Assembly (NCBI RefSeq): GCF_018350175.1
Contig: NC_058368.1
Location: forward strand, 164,550,001 to 164,614,000
Source of the DNA: Felis catus
Taxonomy: Eukaryota
Length of the DNA: 64,000 nt
Direction: 5' to 3'
This document shows positions 24,990 to 36,639 of the stretch, piece by piece. A model generated the notes under the pieces. It was given only the letters and a program-made list of their open reading frames with translations, searched no databases and had not been told where the DNA came from. How positions within the stretch are numbered: position 1 is the first letter of the stretch; each line of letters opens with the position of its first letter. The translations under genes were made by a program, and so were the position numbers.

Positions 24990-26400
24990 TCTTTTCATTA
25001 TTTTAAGAAATATTTTCCAGTGCCTAATGTTTGCTGGAAAATATGCCAGATTCTGTGTCTACAAGACAGCTCTGTTTCTACCCTCATAGAACTGGTTTTT
25101 AATTTTAATGAAACACATGGAATAAACAATTACATACATAAAGAATAATAAGTGTCATGAAAAGTGTACAGTATTACCAGGAAACATGAACTCACCTAGC
25201 CTGTAGGACATTTGAAGTTTTAATCTGAGACCTAAAATATACTAGAGTATGACCATTATGATTTAACAGATGATGTTTATTTTATTCACTTAGCATGTCT
25301 CAACTCTTAGTATTCTACATATTAGACATGTAATAGGCAGACAAAAAACAAAAAACAAAAAACAAAAAAACCTATGGAATAAATGGTGGATGAATAAAAA
25401 GAGTTTGTCCAAAATGTTTGGCAGTGAAGTAGGTGCAGGATTACAGATAGAACAGATATGAAGAACTGAATGTGATGGAATATAGAGGAAAAATGTTCAT
25501 CATTGCTAGGTGAAGAATGAAGAGATAAAACTAGAGAGGTACATGATGACCAGATTTTCAAAGGCTTGTAAGATAATTAGAAAACATTGAAATGATCTAA
25601 ACAAAAGATTCACATGGTTACATCATGAAATTGATCACTGTTTGCTCAGTGGAAGGTAGCTTGGAGGGACCAAATCTGGTGGAGGAGATGATTTAAAACA
25701 CTGTAAAGGTCATCTAGCTGAGATCAAATAATGCCTCATGCTAGTAAAATAGTAGGTTTTTTGAGAAATATGGGCATATTCCTGAAACACTTAGTTTAGA
25801 GATGTGACAGATTTTAGCTTTGATTAGATATGATGAATGTGGGAGAGGGTGGCATCATGAAGGATTCCTAGGTCCTTAGAGAAGTAACAGTGGTGGTTTA
25901 GGAAAAAAAAAAAAAAAACAGGCCCAGAAGCTGATATGCGTATGTGGTATCATTAATGTGAAGGAGCCCCATTGACAGATGAAAGTAAGGAGTCTGAAGG
26001 ATTATCAATTTCCTCCTCAATAAAATAACATATGCCTCCAAGATGTGAAGCATAGTGATTGACTTGATGTTTATCTAGTGTCTTGGTGTCTAATTTTTAG
26101 GAAAATAATTGACTGTTTTAGCTGAGAAGTTGTGTCTGAGGATTTTGCTCTCAAAGAAATTGGGAAGTTTAGGGTGCTATTACAAAGGAGTCTGAAGAAT
26201 TGATTGGATCATGGAATCTAGATAGTCAAGTAAGTTGGAGATAGGAAGAAGTAGAGAAATGAACTGAGTGTTCTTCTGAGTCAAAGATAGCATGTAGGAG
26301 TAATTTACCAATGATTTAGAAGGGAAAATTGCTATTATTCTAGGTTAATTAAGAATTAGTATGTGGGTTTAATTTTGGGGGGAAAATTGAGAGTAATTTA
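24990..26400 (-). mobile_element. Fragmented L2 relics
   Basis: CTACCCTCATAGAACT; TTTAATCTGAGACCT; GATTAGATATG; AAGGATTCCTAGGT. A short opposite-strand L2 tail lies at ~25275-25400. Confidence 0.55.
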
Positions 26401-27560
26401 TGATCCTGTGTCAGTACCTATGGGGAACTACTGGTGCTGTGCATGTAACTAAGTCTCTTGAAAGTAACCGGACTGCAAAATAAGTCTTCTTTAGTTATCT
26501 TCACTTTCTAAATAGCAGAATAGAGAAGTGGATTCATCAACATGTTGGGCTAGCACTGTTAAAAATTAAAGGAGGTGAGAAATGACAGATGTCCAGGATC
26601 TCTCCATGGACTTGTTGACCTCTACACCAAATGATTTGAGAAGAAGTGGAGGACTATTTTCATGTAGAAATTGTTCTCTTAAAGCAAATATAAATTCCTG
26701 CATATTCTGTGATGCACAATGATGCAATATTTCCACTCATATCTTAATCCCAGGCCAAAAGAAAAAAAAATAATTCAAAGAGTTTCTTGGTCCTTTTATT
26801 GGACAGACTTCTTTTTATTTAGATGGTTAGAAATTCCAGTATATTAGCTATTGAGGAAAAAGTCGACTGAGAAAGGTATTTTGTGGTTTAAAAATTATTG
26901 ATACAGTAGGGAGCCAAAAATTCTTATCCTGTAATAAAATTAATTGGGGCTAGCCAACCTTGCTTTTGGTACATAGGATCTGTTTAAATGGACACCACTG
27001 TCATCTCTATCTGTTCATTGTTCTTCAACAGAAAAATACAATGAGATAAGTGATTTCTGAGATCTATGATTTCTATCCCTTTTATAAGGACAGAAGTTGT
27101 AAGATAGATGTTTACATTCAGCAGCTTCAGGTGGTTGAATATTATACATATAGAAATTTACTTAATTTTCTTCAAAATGAGTAAAAGTTCAGGAATGTAA
27201 ATGCCTATTTTACTAGGGATATAATTGACTATTTTGATGAGAAGTCAACTCCAAAGAGTTATTGTGAGAATGAAGATTCTGAAACAAAGGGGATGTGGAA
27301 AAAACTTGCTTAGCGTTGTCAAAACAGAATGAATTATATAAATGCAGTCTATTGGAGAAGTAGAGAATGATAATTCTGGCTATGTCCATGGGGATCTGTG
27401 CTTACAATTTTACATTATTTCTCATTATCACTTTTAGTTTATGACATGAGTCCTCCAAATTTTATATGGCGTAGACCAGAATGAGTAAAGTTAGGGAGAA
27501 ACCAATATGTAATACTTCTAGACTACTTAGACAAGAAGCAGTTTATTTTATTCCATTCTG

Positions 27561-27562
<2 letters not shown>

Positions 27563-27616
<54 letters not shown>

Positions 27617-27703
27617 ATATTTATATATATTTATATATATATATATATTGAAGTGTATATTTATATATATATTGAAGTGTATATATATATATATATATGT
27701 ATA
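27563..27703. repeat. Compound (TA)n/(TG)n microsatellite
   Basis: Direct reading. Includes a duplicated ATATTGAAGTGTATAT. Confidence 0.95.
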
Positions 27704-27762
27704 TGATGACAATAAGAAGTGTTTTAAGAACAGGTAAAGATGATTATATATATAACATCTGC

Positions 27763-27925
27763 CTTTTTAAATTTAAATTAATTAAAATTAGAAACAATTA
27801 AAAATTCATGTCTTTGGTCACACTACCCTAATTTCAAGTGCTCAATAGCTACATTTGGCTAGAGACTATAATATAGAACATTTCCATCACTCTAGAAAGT
27901 TCTAGTGACAGTGTTATTGCAGAGT
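27763..27925. mobile_element. hAT-Charlie relic (MER33/MER3-like)
   Basis: GTCACACTA...TTTCAAGTGCTCAATAGCTACAT...ATAGAACATTTCCATCAC...GAAAGTTCTA. Confidence 0.75.
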
Positions 27926-28553
27926 GACAGTGTTGTTGTAAACTGAAAATACTCCTCTATTCACCTATATGATTACTTCTAAAAAACTAGGTTATTATAT
28001 TTTTATGATTATTTTCCAATAAAGAAGTAACATGTGTTAAAAGAAGTTACATTGGTGGCTGAAAATTCAGAATAAATTTTCACAAAGAGAAAAACAAAGG
28101 TTGCAGATGTAGGTTAGATTCTCAGTCTAGTCCACAAAATCTGTCTAACTCTAATAGTTACTGAACTGTATTAATCATCAACAGTAGCATTTTCAAGTCT
28201 TTCTGGGCCTTACAGGTTTTTTTTGTTTGTTTTTTTGTTTTTTTTTTTTTTTGGCAAAAGTTTCTAGTGAATGAGACCATATATCCTTACTGGCACATCT
28301 CTAAATTCAAACTATTTAAACAATGAAGCAGTAAATAATCCAATAAATAATTTAGTCAGATTAGATTTATGGATATTTACTAAGCTTAAATGTAACTGGT
28401 AGGAATGAAATTCCCCCAGAGCTCAGTGACTGAGTAGATTGCATTTCGAAACATGCAACTTACATCTACTCTTTCTGTTTTTTTATTATGTGACCTTTTC
28501 CTTTCCTCAGCAAAAGTGGGGTCTGTTTTCTCTACCCCTAAGTTTGGGCTGTC

Positions 28554-28651
28554 TAGGATAGCCAGCCTTCCAGATTTGCCCAGGAATGCCCTGGTATTGT
28601 GCTGCAGTACACAAATTGGCCCCAGACAAAGAGAGATGGTTGGTGACCCTC
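28554..28651. mobile_element. Short hAT-Blackjack MITE (MER81/MER94-like)
   Basis: Imperfect TIRs TAGGATAGCCAGCCTTCC ... GATGGTTGGTGACCCT. Confidence 0.55.
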
Positions 28652-28673
28652 ACTATCCCTATGATTAATTTTG

Positions 28674-29308
28674 TATCATAGACTTTGAGTCTGGAGTTCT
28701 CTCTTGTCCAACAAGAGAGCAGATGCAGAATTGAATACGAGAGAGGCTAATGTCCGGGAGGAGACAAGAGCCCTGAGTAAGGGTCCTTGCTCCATATTTG
28801 TTAGGATCAGAAGGCTTACAATCGTGCTGGATGTGCAGAAAGAGACAATGAAACAGTGATCATTAACTCAAGTGTGTGAAAGAAAGGGGGTTTCAAAGAT
28901 ATGTGGTGTTAGGGGTTTGAGTCAATACAAAACAAAATCCCAGTGCTGAACAGCTGAACAGATGGCTGTTCATGGCAGGTACCAGGCACCGTGTCTGTTT
29001 ATCTTAAATTGCCTAGGGAATAAGACAGATAGAGCATGCTACCTCAGGGTCATCAAGGCACTTTTTTTTTTTTTTTTTGCTAATTAGCTCTGGGCAATTT
29101 CACCCTGCTGTAGCTGTCTGTTGCCCTGTTTACCTGTTTACCTACCTATTCTGGATGCTTTCATCCTGTGGAAGCAGCTTTCCGCTCTACGCTTTTGTTT
29201 CATGCTGGGGGCACTTTCGCCCTGTTTACCTAATCTTGGACGTTTTGGTCTAAGCCTTGTTAACCCATTGGCGCAAGCTTCAGGAATTGCTAAACTTATT
29301 CCTCACCA
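28674..29308 (-). mobile_element. Lineage-specific ERV solo LTR
   Basis: 635-bp GC-richer block ending in CA, flanked by TTTTG/TCTTG (5-bp TSD with one mismatch). It interrupts the MLT1. Confidence 0.7.
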
Positions 29309-32300
29309 TCTTGAACAATAGAATGCAACATAAGTGTCTGTAAATCCTGGGGTTGGGCTTTAAAAGATCTGTAACTTCTGCCTTAATTACTTGGAATGTT
29401 CTTTCTTAGACTTAGTCACTTTTCTGTGAGGAAACCAAAGAAGCCATATTAGGAGGCCCACATGGAGGAAAACAAAGGCCCCAGGCCAGCAACCTCAGCT
29501 GATCTTCCAACCAGCAGCTAATCTAAACTGATACCCTTGTAAAAGGCGATTTGGGACATTTTGGCCCTTGACTGTGTCCCCTGATCACACCACATTAAGC
29601 TAAAAAGTAGTCTACCCATAGAATCATGAAAAATAGTTAATGGTGGTTGTTTTAATCCTTTAAATTTAGGATTGGTTTATTATGCACCAATGGATAATTG
29701 AAACAACTAGTGGCAAAAGGTCAGCAAGTACTCAGAAGCAAATGTCTAAATATTAAATACTGTGTGTGGTAGAAAATGTATTTAACATGTAATCACTATG
29801 CTGATTTTTAAGCTCCAGATCCTTACTTTTTAGCTATGAGATTTTGAACAATCAGTTAGTGTTATTGCCTCAAGAATAAACTGGATACTAGGATATCTAA
29901 CAAAATTTTGAGAATTTGCAGATAAGGTGACACGTATGACCTTAAACCACAAAGTACTCCAGTGGTACAAGGAAAATATTACTATGTCAGTCATAAATGA
30001 ATAATCATTGTTATACTATTATTAAAATGTACATATAACAACATGCTTATTTATAATATGAATCTCATTAAAGAGGGGTTGTTTAGATAGAGATGAAAGT
30101 TGCCATTGATTTCCATAAAAGTTTATTAGTAAAATCTTGACTTCTATCACAATAGGGAAGAAAAGCAACACATCCTATTCCTAGCTTAGCTAAGTACACT
30201 AAGATACTTTGTATAATATCAAGATACATCCCTTCATGTTCACTGAAAGAAAACCCATAAAATTATTTTAGACCTCATGAGGCTCTTCCACATTACATTT
30301 CACTGTGGATCTTTCAATTTAGTATTTTAAAATTTCAAGATTTACATTGCTCTTAGCATTAAATTCTCATTAGTTTTCTTGTTTTGCTCATTTTCTCTGT
30401 GATATGGGTAATGTAAAAAGAATAACTCAGAAAAAGTAATACACAGTTTGTAGCTCCTGTGATGATATAGGAAGAAAGTAATTCTCTTGGCAGAAGGGTC
30501 TTTGAGAGAATAGTAGAAAAAAGAGTGCCATGTATTAAGAAGATTTAATGAGCATGAGATCTGATAGAATTTTTTTTTTTTGTTTTGGTCAGAAAAATTC
30601 TTCTGTTTGGTTAATATGCAGAGATATTTTGAAAATTTCAATTAAAATTTAATAAGCCTGTGAATAAAAGTTAACCACCTAACTTCCAGGTCTTCATATA
30701 GAAATGATGATTAAAACAAATCACAGCAAAGCAGTGATATTTTTTTTTCAGAGTACATTTTGGAACATGAAAAAAATAAAGGTGAGTTTTTACCAGACTA
30801 AAATATTTTGTCCTTTTCATGGTCAGTATAAATAATGCTGCTGCATTTTTAAACTTGTTATAGAGGATCTGTAAAATTTTACTGCTGAGATTGAAGGAGG
30901 AAAATTATACACATGGGGTCTTTAACAGGTTTTGCGTCTAACAGCTTTGACACTATCCCACAGATTTTTGTCCCTGCCCTGATAGGTAGCCTTGAGAAGT
31001 GCCTGTTGTCTGGAGTCTAATGTTGCAGCAATTAAATTCCCACAGGAAGCAGTAGCTTTAGGAGATGTGATTAGATTGGAGACACTGATGCTTGTTTTGA
31101 TTTTGAAAATACATCATCGATCAAGGCTACTGATTTCAGCAACTGTTCTTGCTGAGGGGAGGCATGGGCTTAACTTTTGCCTTTATATTTCACTGTGGGG
31201 AAAATGAAGTCTTCTCTGCCTGTCAAGCCTTTACTCTGATACAAGGCCAATGCCTTTAGTAGATAATCCCCCAAATGTCAAATAACCTTTATTTCCCAGA
31301 GGTCATGTTGATCTTTTTCTTCTCATTCTGACCTCAGAACAGACCTATTCATTTTACATCTGACATCAGACCATGAGAAAACAGGGTAAGTTTTAGCTTT
31401 TTTCCAGAGCTCTTTGTTGGGATGCTTTTTGTTGTTACTGTCCCCCCCCATCCCCAACCTCACCCCCCAGCCACCAAAGGAATGGAATGTATTGTCTGTG
31501 CCTGTATATGTGTGTATATATGTGTGTTATTATTTTTCAAGGCATATCAGAGAAATTCTAAGCACTTCATTTAAGTCAACTAATTTTTAGAAACAAAGGA
31601 AAACATAATTGATAGGAGTTAGTCTCCAAATGAAACTAATCAATCATCAAGTTTCTAGTTAATAGGCAAGACTTTCTCTAGCCACCATTTTGGAGCAGAT
31701 TCTTCTCTTCCATCATTACCAACACCCTAAATCACATAAGATATTCTTCAATGGCCCTGAACATCTGAAAGTGAAGTTAAATGATTCTACACATAATATC
31801 AAATGCATATTTATTCACTCACACAAAACTTCCCCCTAATAGAGCTGACTCTACAAATTAATCATCCTATCACATTTAATTGGCAGAGTAACATATATAA
31901 TGAATATGCATGTAATATGAATTGTGGAATGAAATGATTATCTGACCAGTTGTATAAGTTTACCAATCCATACTATTGAAAATCCCTTAGCTTCCCCTAG
32001 AATACCCTCAAAATTATTAATTTTTTTACTTCAACTTCCATATTATCTGTCCTGAAGTTAGTTTGTCTCTATATAATTTCAACATTATTTTGAAAACAAA
32101 AACTCAAAAAGTTAAAAAAATCTTTTTTGTTGCTTCCATAATAATGTTAGACAAAAGTATCAGTTTAAAATGTCAGCCCTTCCTAAAATTATTTATGTTA
32201 CATTAAAATATTAGTAACTGCTAGAATAGCTGTTGAAATGTAATTTTCAAGATATCATATCTATAAATACTCTTTTGCTGTGAGAACTCATCTTTGGTCT

Positions 32301-32981
32301 CTCATTCATAAATGTTTTCTTGGGTGCCAATTATGAGTAAACTATAATATGCTGGGAGCTTACATTATGAACTAAGTTAAGACAAATTATGAACCAAGAG
32401 TTTGGAATGGGACAAAGAATGCTGCAGGCACACAAACACAGAGCGATGGAGTGCTTCAGTACATATTGTGGCAACATGATGGAAGAACACCCACAGTGAC
32501 TTGGGCGCCTAGCCCTTTCTAGACAAATGGTGACAACCTGTGATACAGAGGATGAAGAAGTATGGATTGAGGAGACTGACTTGGAAGTATGTTCAAAGCA
32601 AAGAACTATTAGCATTATCAAATGCACAGGTAGAAATAGCATAATGCAGGGGTATAACTGCCTTGGATATAATGCAATGGATGAGAGCCTTAATCTTCAT
32701 AGTAGTAGATGAATTAGGTCAAGAACTTTAGTCATAGAGGTTAAATTAGTATGTCAAGCCCATTTTTTAATTTTTTTGAAAGGAACAAATACAGATACCG
32801 TCTTTTCCCACAGTACGTGTACCATGAATGTTCCTCCTATCCATCAGATACTGTTACTGTTTCACCTGAAATCACCTTCATAATTAACTGGTTTCAAGGA
32901 TTCCACTATAAGAAAACTGTATCTTTTTTTTTTTTAAATGTCTTTTGAAGCACTTTGATATTGCTGTATTTAAACCTAAAT

Positions 32982-33300
32982 CAGCTGAACAGGAGGACTA
33001 GGCTGCAATTAGAGACAGTACTGCCAGAGTGGGGCGGGTATCTTCTGTGTCTTGTTACTTTGCAGCCACAACTGACTTCAGGGAGCAGATTTTAAGAGTA
33101 AAGGAAGATGAGAACGTTCCATTTCTGCTGGTTGGTAACAAATCAAATTTAAAAGCAAAGGAAGGTTTCTGTAGAAGAAGTAAAGAGCTGAACCAATCAG
33201 TGAAATGTTATCTATTTGGGAACATCTGCTAAAATGTGAGCTAATGTTGACAAAGTATTTGATTTAATGAGGGAAAGAAAGTTGAACAAGAAAGATGGAA
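32982..33300 (+). pseudogene. RALA: Processed pseudogene fragment of the Ras-like GTPase RALA (about residues 69-181)
   Basis: Translates across frameshifts as AEQED*AAIRD..Y..SG.G..CV / [29 protein letters not shown] / VSVEE / [36 protein letters not shown] is RALA-type rather than RALB-type. There is a premature TAG at 32999-33001 and no introns. Confidence 0.92.
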
Positions 33301-35602
33301 CATCTCTGAAATAGAATTTACTGTGGCCCTGATTATGCACATGTGAGACATGCCTGGCCCATCCTGCTGGGCTCACATGGTTTGTACCATAAGCACACCT
33401 GAGAGGCCTGCTTTCTGTGGCTGGGAAGTGCCTGAGCTAGTGGTTCTGTCCAATTTCCAGGTTCCCAGGTTCATGAGGCCTTAGATCACCTTCTTTTCAG
33501 GGTATTTGACTCTCAATACTCCTTGCACTTCTGGGTCGGCTCAGCCTTTGCCTACTGACTTACTATTAGATCCCTAGGCCTTCCCAGTTGTCATTAGCCC
33601 ATGAGTCTGGTCTCAGCTTAATACTCTAGAGAATATTGCTTATGATGATGTTACATATACACACAAATAAAACTATGCATCAAGTTTGTAAACAATGTAA
33701 GTCCCAACTAGTGAAGAAAAGAGCTAAAGATTTTGGGCCATGAGAAAAAATAATGAAATAAATAGGATGAAGTGAGTTGATAATTGAAATCATTAAGGTT
33801 GCAACTGATAATGGAAATGAGACTCATTCATCAAACACACATTAATGAAGTCATTTTAGCATGTGGTCAATCAGCTTTCATGGATATGATTTCAAATGTT
33901 GATCAATGCAAAACATTTATTTTTTTACCCCCTCTGTGTATGTTTGTCATGTATAAGAATAAACAGAATGGTTTGAAGTAAGAAATACAGCTTAATGATC
34001 TCAGGATTAATGATCTCAGGATTCTGTGAGAACTTTACCTCTTGGGTTTTAATAGAAAAGTCGTATTTCATTTATAAAATGCATATATGAAATTCCATGT
34101 ACAGTCCTGAAATAATAGCAGTAAATTGTGTATTCTTGAATATTTTATCTGTTATTAAAAAGGTATTCAATAATAATACTACAGGCATTATTTGTGGTAT
34201 TTATTTGATTATGCCAAAATGACTAATTTTTTAGTGTCATTTATCTAATATATGCTATTAAAAAAGATGTTGCAACATCATACACACACATGTATGTGTT
34301 TATATAAATATAAAAGACCTATATTGACAAATACATATATATGTATACCCAATACATAAACAGTAAAACCTCGGATTACAAGTAACTTGTTCTGTGAGTG
34401 TTCCTTAAGATAAGAAAACATTTCTCATAAATTTTAACTTGATAAATGAATGATATCTTGCAATACAAGTCATACATGATGCCAGATGTCACATGATCAC
34501 AACTGAGCCAGTGGTTCTTCTCTTTCTCTCTTTCTCTGTGAGATTGGGGGTGATCTTCTCCCATGCTCGGATGCTTGGTCTCAGGCCACGGTGTTTGGCA
34601 GAAATCAGTGATTTTTCAGAACGTTGGAAGGTGCACACAACTGGCACTAGTGTATTTTCTGTCACTTCAGAGCACCTATGGACAGTCCTTTGCTTTTCCA
34701 TACAAGAGTAAGCTTAGGGATGCTTTGCTTCATTCTAGGTCAAGCTGCCTGCAGATATAGACCCTTTCTTCTGCTGCCTTATTGCCAGTTACATTAAATA
34801 CAGTATAAGACAAGTTTAGTAATACTGTACTGTAGTCAGCATCTGTCTGGGTGAGTATGTACAATGGTACCCATGCAGAAAAAGGTTGAAAAGAAAGGTA
34901 GTAAGAAGGAGATGATTACGGTGAAATCATTGAGAAGTATGAACAAGATATGCATGGGGCTGAAATTGCAAGATTTTATAAGAAGTCTTCATCTGCATCC
35001 CATGGGAACGTTGATGTTATTCAGATATGGTAGTAGGCATATCCACTCAAGTTTTTGAGAGCATATTACAAGGCAGTGACCTATTTATTAGCAAATAAAA
35101 CGATTAAGTAGCATATATTTGCAGACCTAGGATAGTTTCATTATGTTGACTGCTCTAGTAACTTCTACAAAACAAAACAAAATAAATTTTTTTCTGGGAA
35201 TCTGGAGACAGTTGATTCAAATAAATGATTTGAAATAATTAAAGCAATGGCTGATTGAGGTTCTGTCTCTTATTGTGGCTCTTTTTTGTGTGTGTTATTT
35301 TCTCTTCTTTGTATTGTCATTTTAAGTGATACTGATTTCCATTTAATGTAATAATATTTTAAAAATACAGGTCATAATGCACATCAAAGATAAGAAAAGA
35401 GGGAGGGAGGGAGAAGAATAGGAGAAAAAGGAAAGAGGGAATGAAAGAGTGAGAAAGGAGAGAGAAATTGAAAAAAAAGAAATAGAAAAAATAAAATATT
35501 AAAATGACATTTTCCAATAAGTAACATTTAATTGCAATGCACATGTTTTCAAGTAAGTACTGTATCACAGAAAAAAATACTGTACGCTTAAGTACAGTCT
35601 CC

Positions 35603-36093
35603 GGATTGTCAGAAAAACTGATTAATTTTGCTCTTATTCCCATTTTCTCAACAATCTTTGTCTTCAGAGTGGATAAATGCAGTGTCACTCTGGGTTCGCT
35701 TGGCAATCTTAAAATTGTCACAAGAATGGATTGGGTGCCGTTTTCTCTTCTTGTTACAATCTTTGTCATGAGCTCTCACAGACCTTTTAATGCTTGATAT
35801 GCTCTCATTCTCATTACATATTCTCATTCCCATAACAAAGATTATAATGAAAGAAGAAAATGTCATAAAATTAATCCATTCTCATAACAGTCTGTAACGA
35901 GGGCAGAAAATTGAGCAAAATTAATCCGTTCTCATAACAATCTGAAGATTGTAATGAGAACAGAAAATGGCATGAAATTTATCCTTCTTTTGACAATCTT
36001 TAAATTGTAACAGGGCAGGAATGGGATACAAGATTAACAAGCCCTTGGGACAAAGGCTCTAACTAGAACTGAAAATCATACAAAATTAATTTG
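35603..36093. repeat. Array of ~55-bp inverted-end units forming a larger inverted repeat (unassigned; probable ancient DNA-transposon-like relic)
   Basis: Units at 35603-35657, 35655-35709, 35712-35762 and ~35763-35820 lie on the minus strand. Units at 35839-35893, 35889-35943, 35946-35999, 36002-36056 and a partial unit at ~36053-36093 lie on the plus strand. Approximate consensus AGATTGTAA..GAGAA..GAAAAT.....AAAATTAATCC.TTCTC..RACAATCT. Confidence 0.85.
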
Positions 36094-36639
36094 TGTGTGT
36101 GTGTGGGGGGGGGGGTTGTGTTTGAGAAAGGCCTGAAAGCCTGAAATTGTAATGCCTGGTTCCATTTGGATACCACATCAAAATCAGTACCTATTTTAAT
36201 TTGTCTTAGAATATTAGAGCCTGACACCTTTGCTAGGATAGTGAATTAAAACAAATACGGATGTTCACTCTTCAAGTAGACCCTGAGGGCAAAACTGTTT
36301 TGGTAAGTAGGATAGTAAAGAAAGTGGAATTTGTTACTGAATTCATGAAGTTATGAATAACCCATTTGTTATCCAATAACTTTCATTTAAAAATGTTTTT
36401 TAAAGTGAATGATACAGTAGACACAGCCTAATGTCAAGCGATAAGTGTGTTGCCACAAATTTTAATTCATTTGTGTGCACAACCGACCTATGTGTCTGTA
36501 TGTATGCACACTACCATGACTCATTTTCACTAGCATGTGTTCTGGGAGTACAGAACGTCTTTGGTCAAATAGCCGGGTTTTTGGTGTACACCTACCTTTT
36601 TATGGTTTACCTATTGTTTAATTTCTTCACTTAGTCACT

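Larger units (their letters stand above)
28480..29705 (+). mobile_element. MLT1-type MaLR LTR hosting two nested insertions
   Basis: 5' part ...CCCCTAAGTTTGGGCTG. It resumes at ~29309 (AACAATAGAATG...AGGCCCACATGGAG...AGAATCATGA...TGGTTGTTTTAA...GATAATTGAAACA). Confidence 0.75.

Noticed and set aside
33029..33232. 67-aa ORF as a functional small GTPase exon
   Set aside because: It has an upstream in-frame stop, frameshifts, no P-loop, no CAAX and no flanking splice structure, so it is a pseudogene fragment.
33992..34021. Perfect 15-bp tandem duplication TTAATGATCTCAGGA (similar short duplications at ~12228-12268 and ~27904-27940)
   Set aside because: Ordinary local slippage duplications with no further structure.
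35359..35866. Overlapping ORFs of 136, 86 and 72 aa across the palindromic array
   Set aside because: I see no recognisable domain, and part is low-complexity. They are explained by the repeat and purine-rich flank.
35603..36093. CRISPR-like appearance (palindromic junctions with variable middles)
   Set aside because: The context is mammalian with no cas genes. The repeats are degenerate, the middles are homologous to each other, and orientation inverts mid-array.
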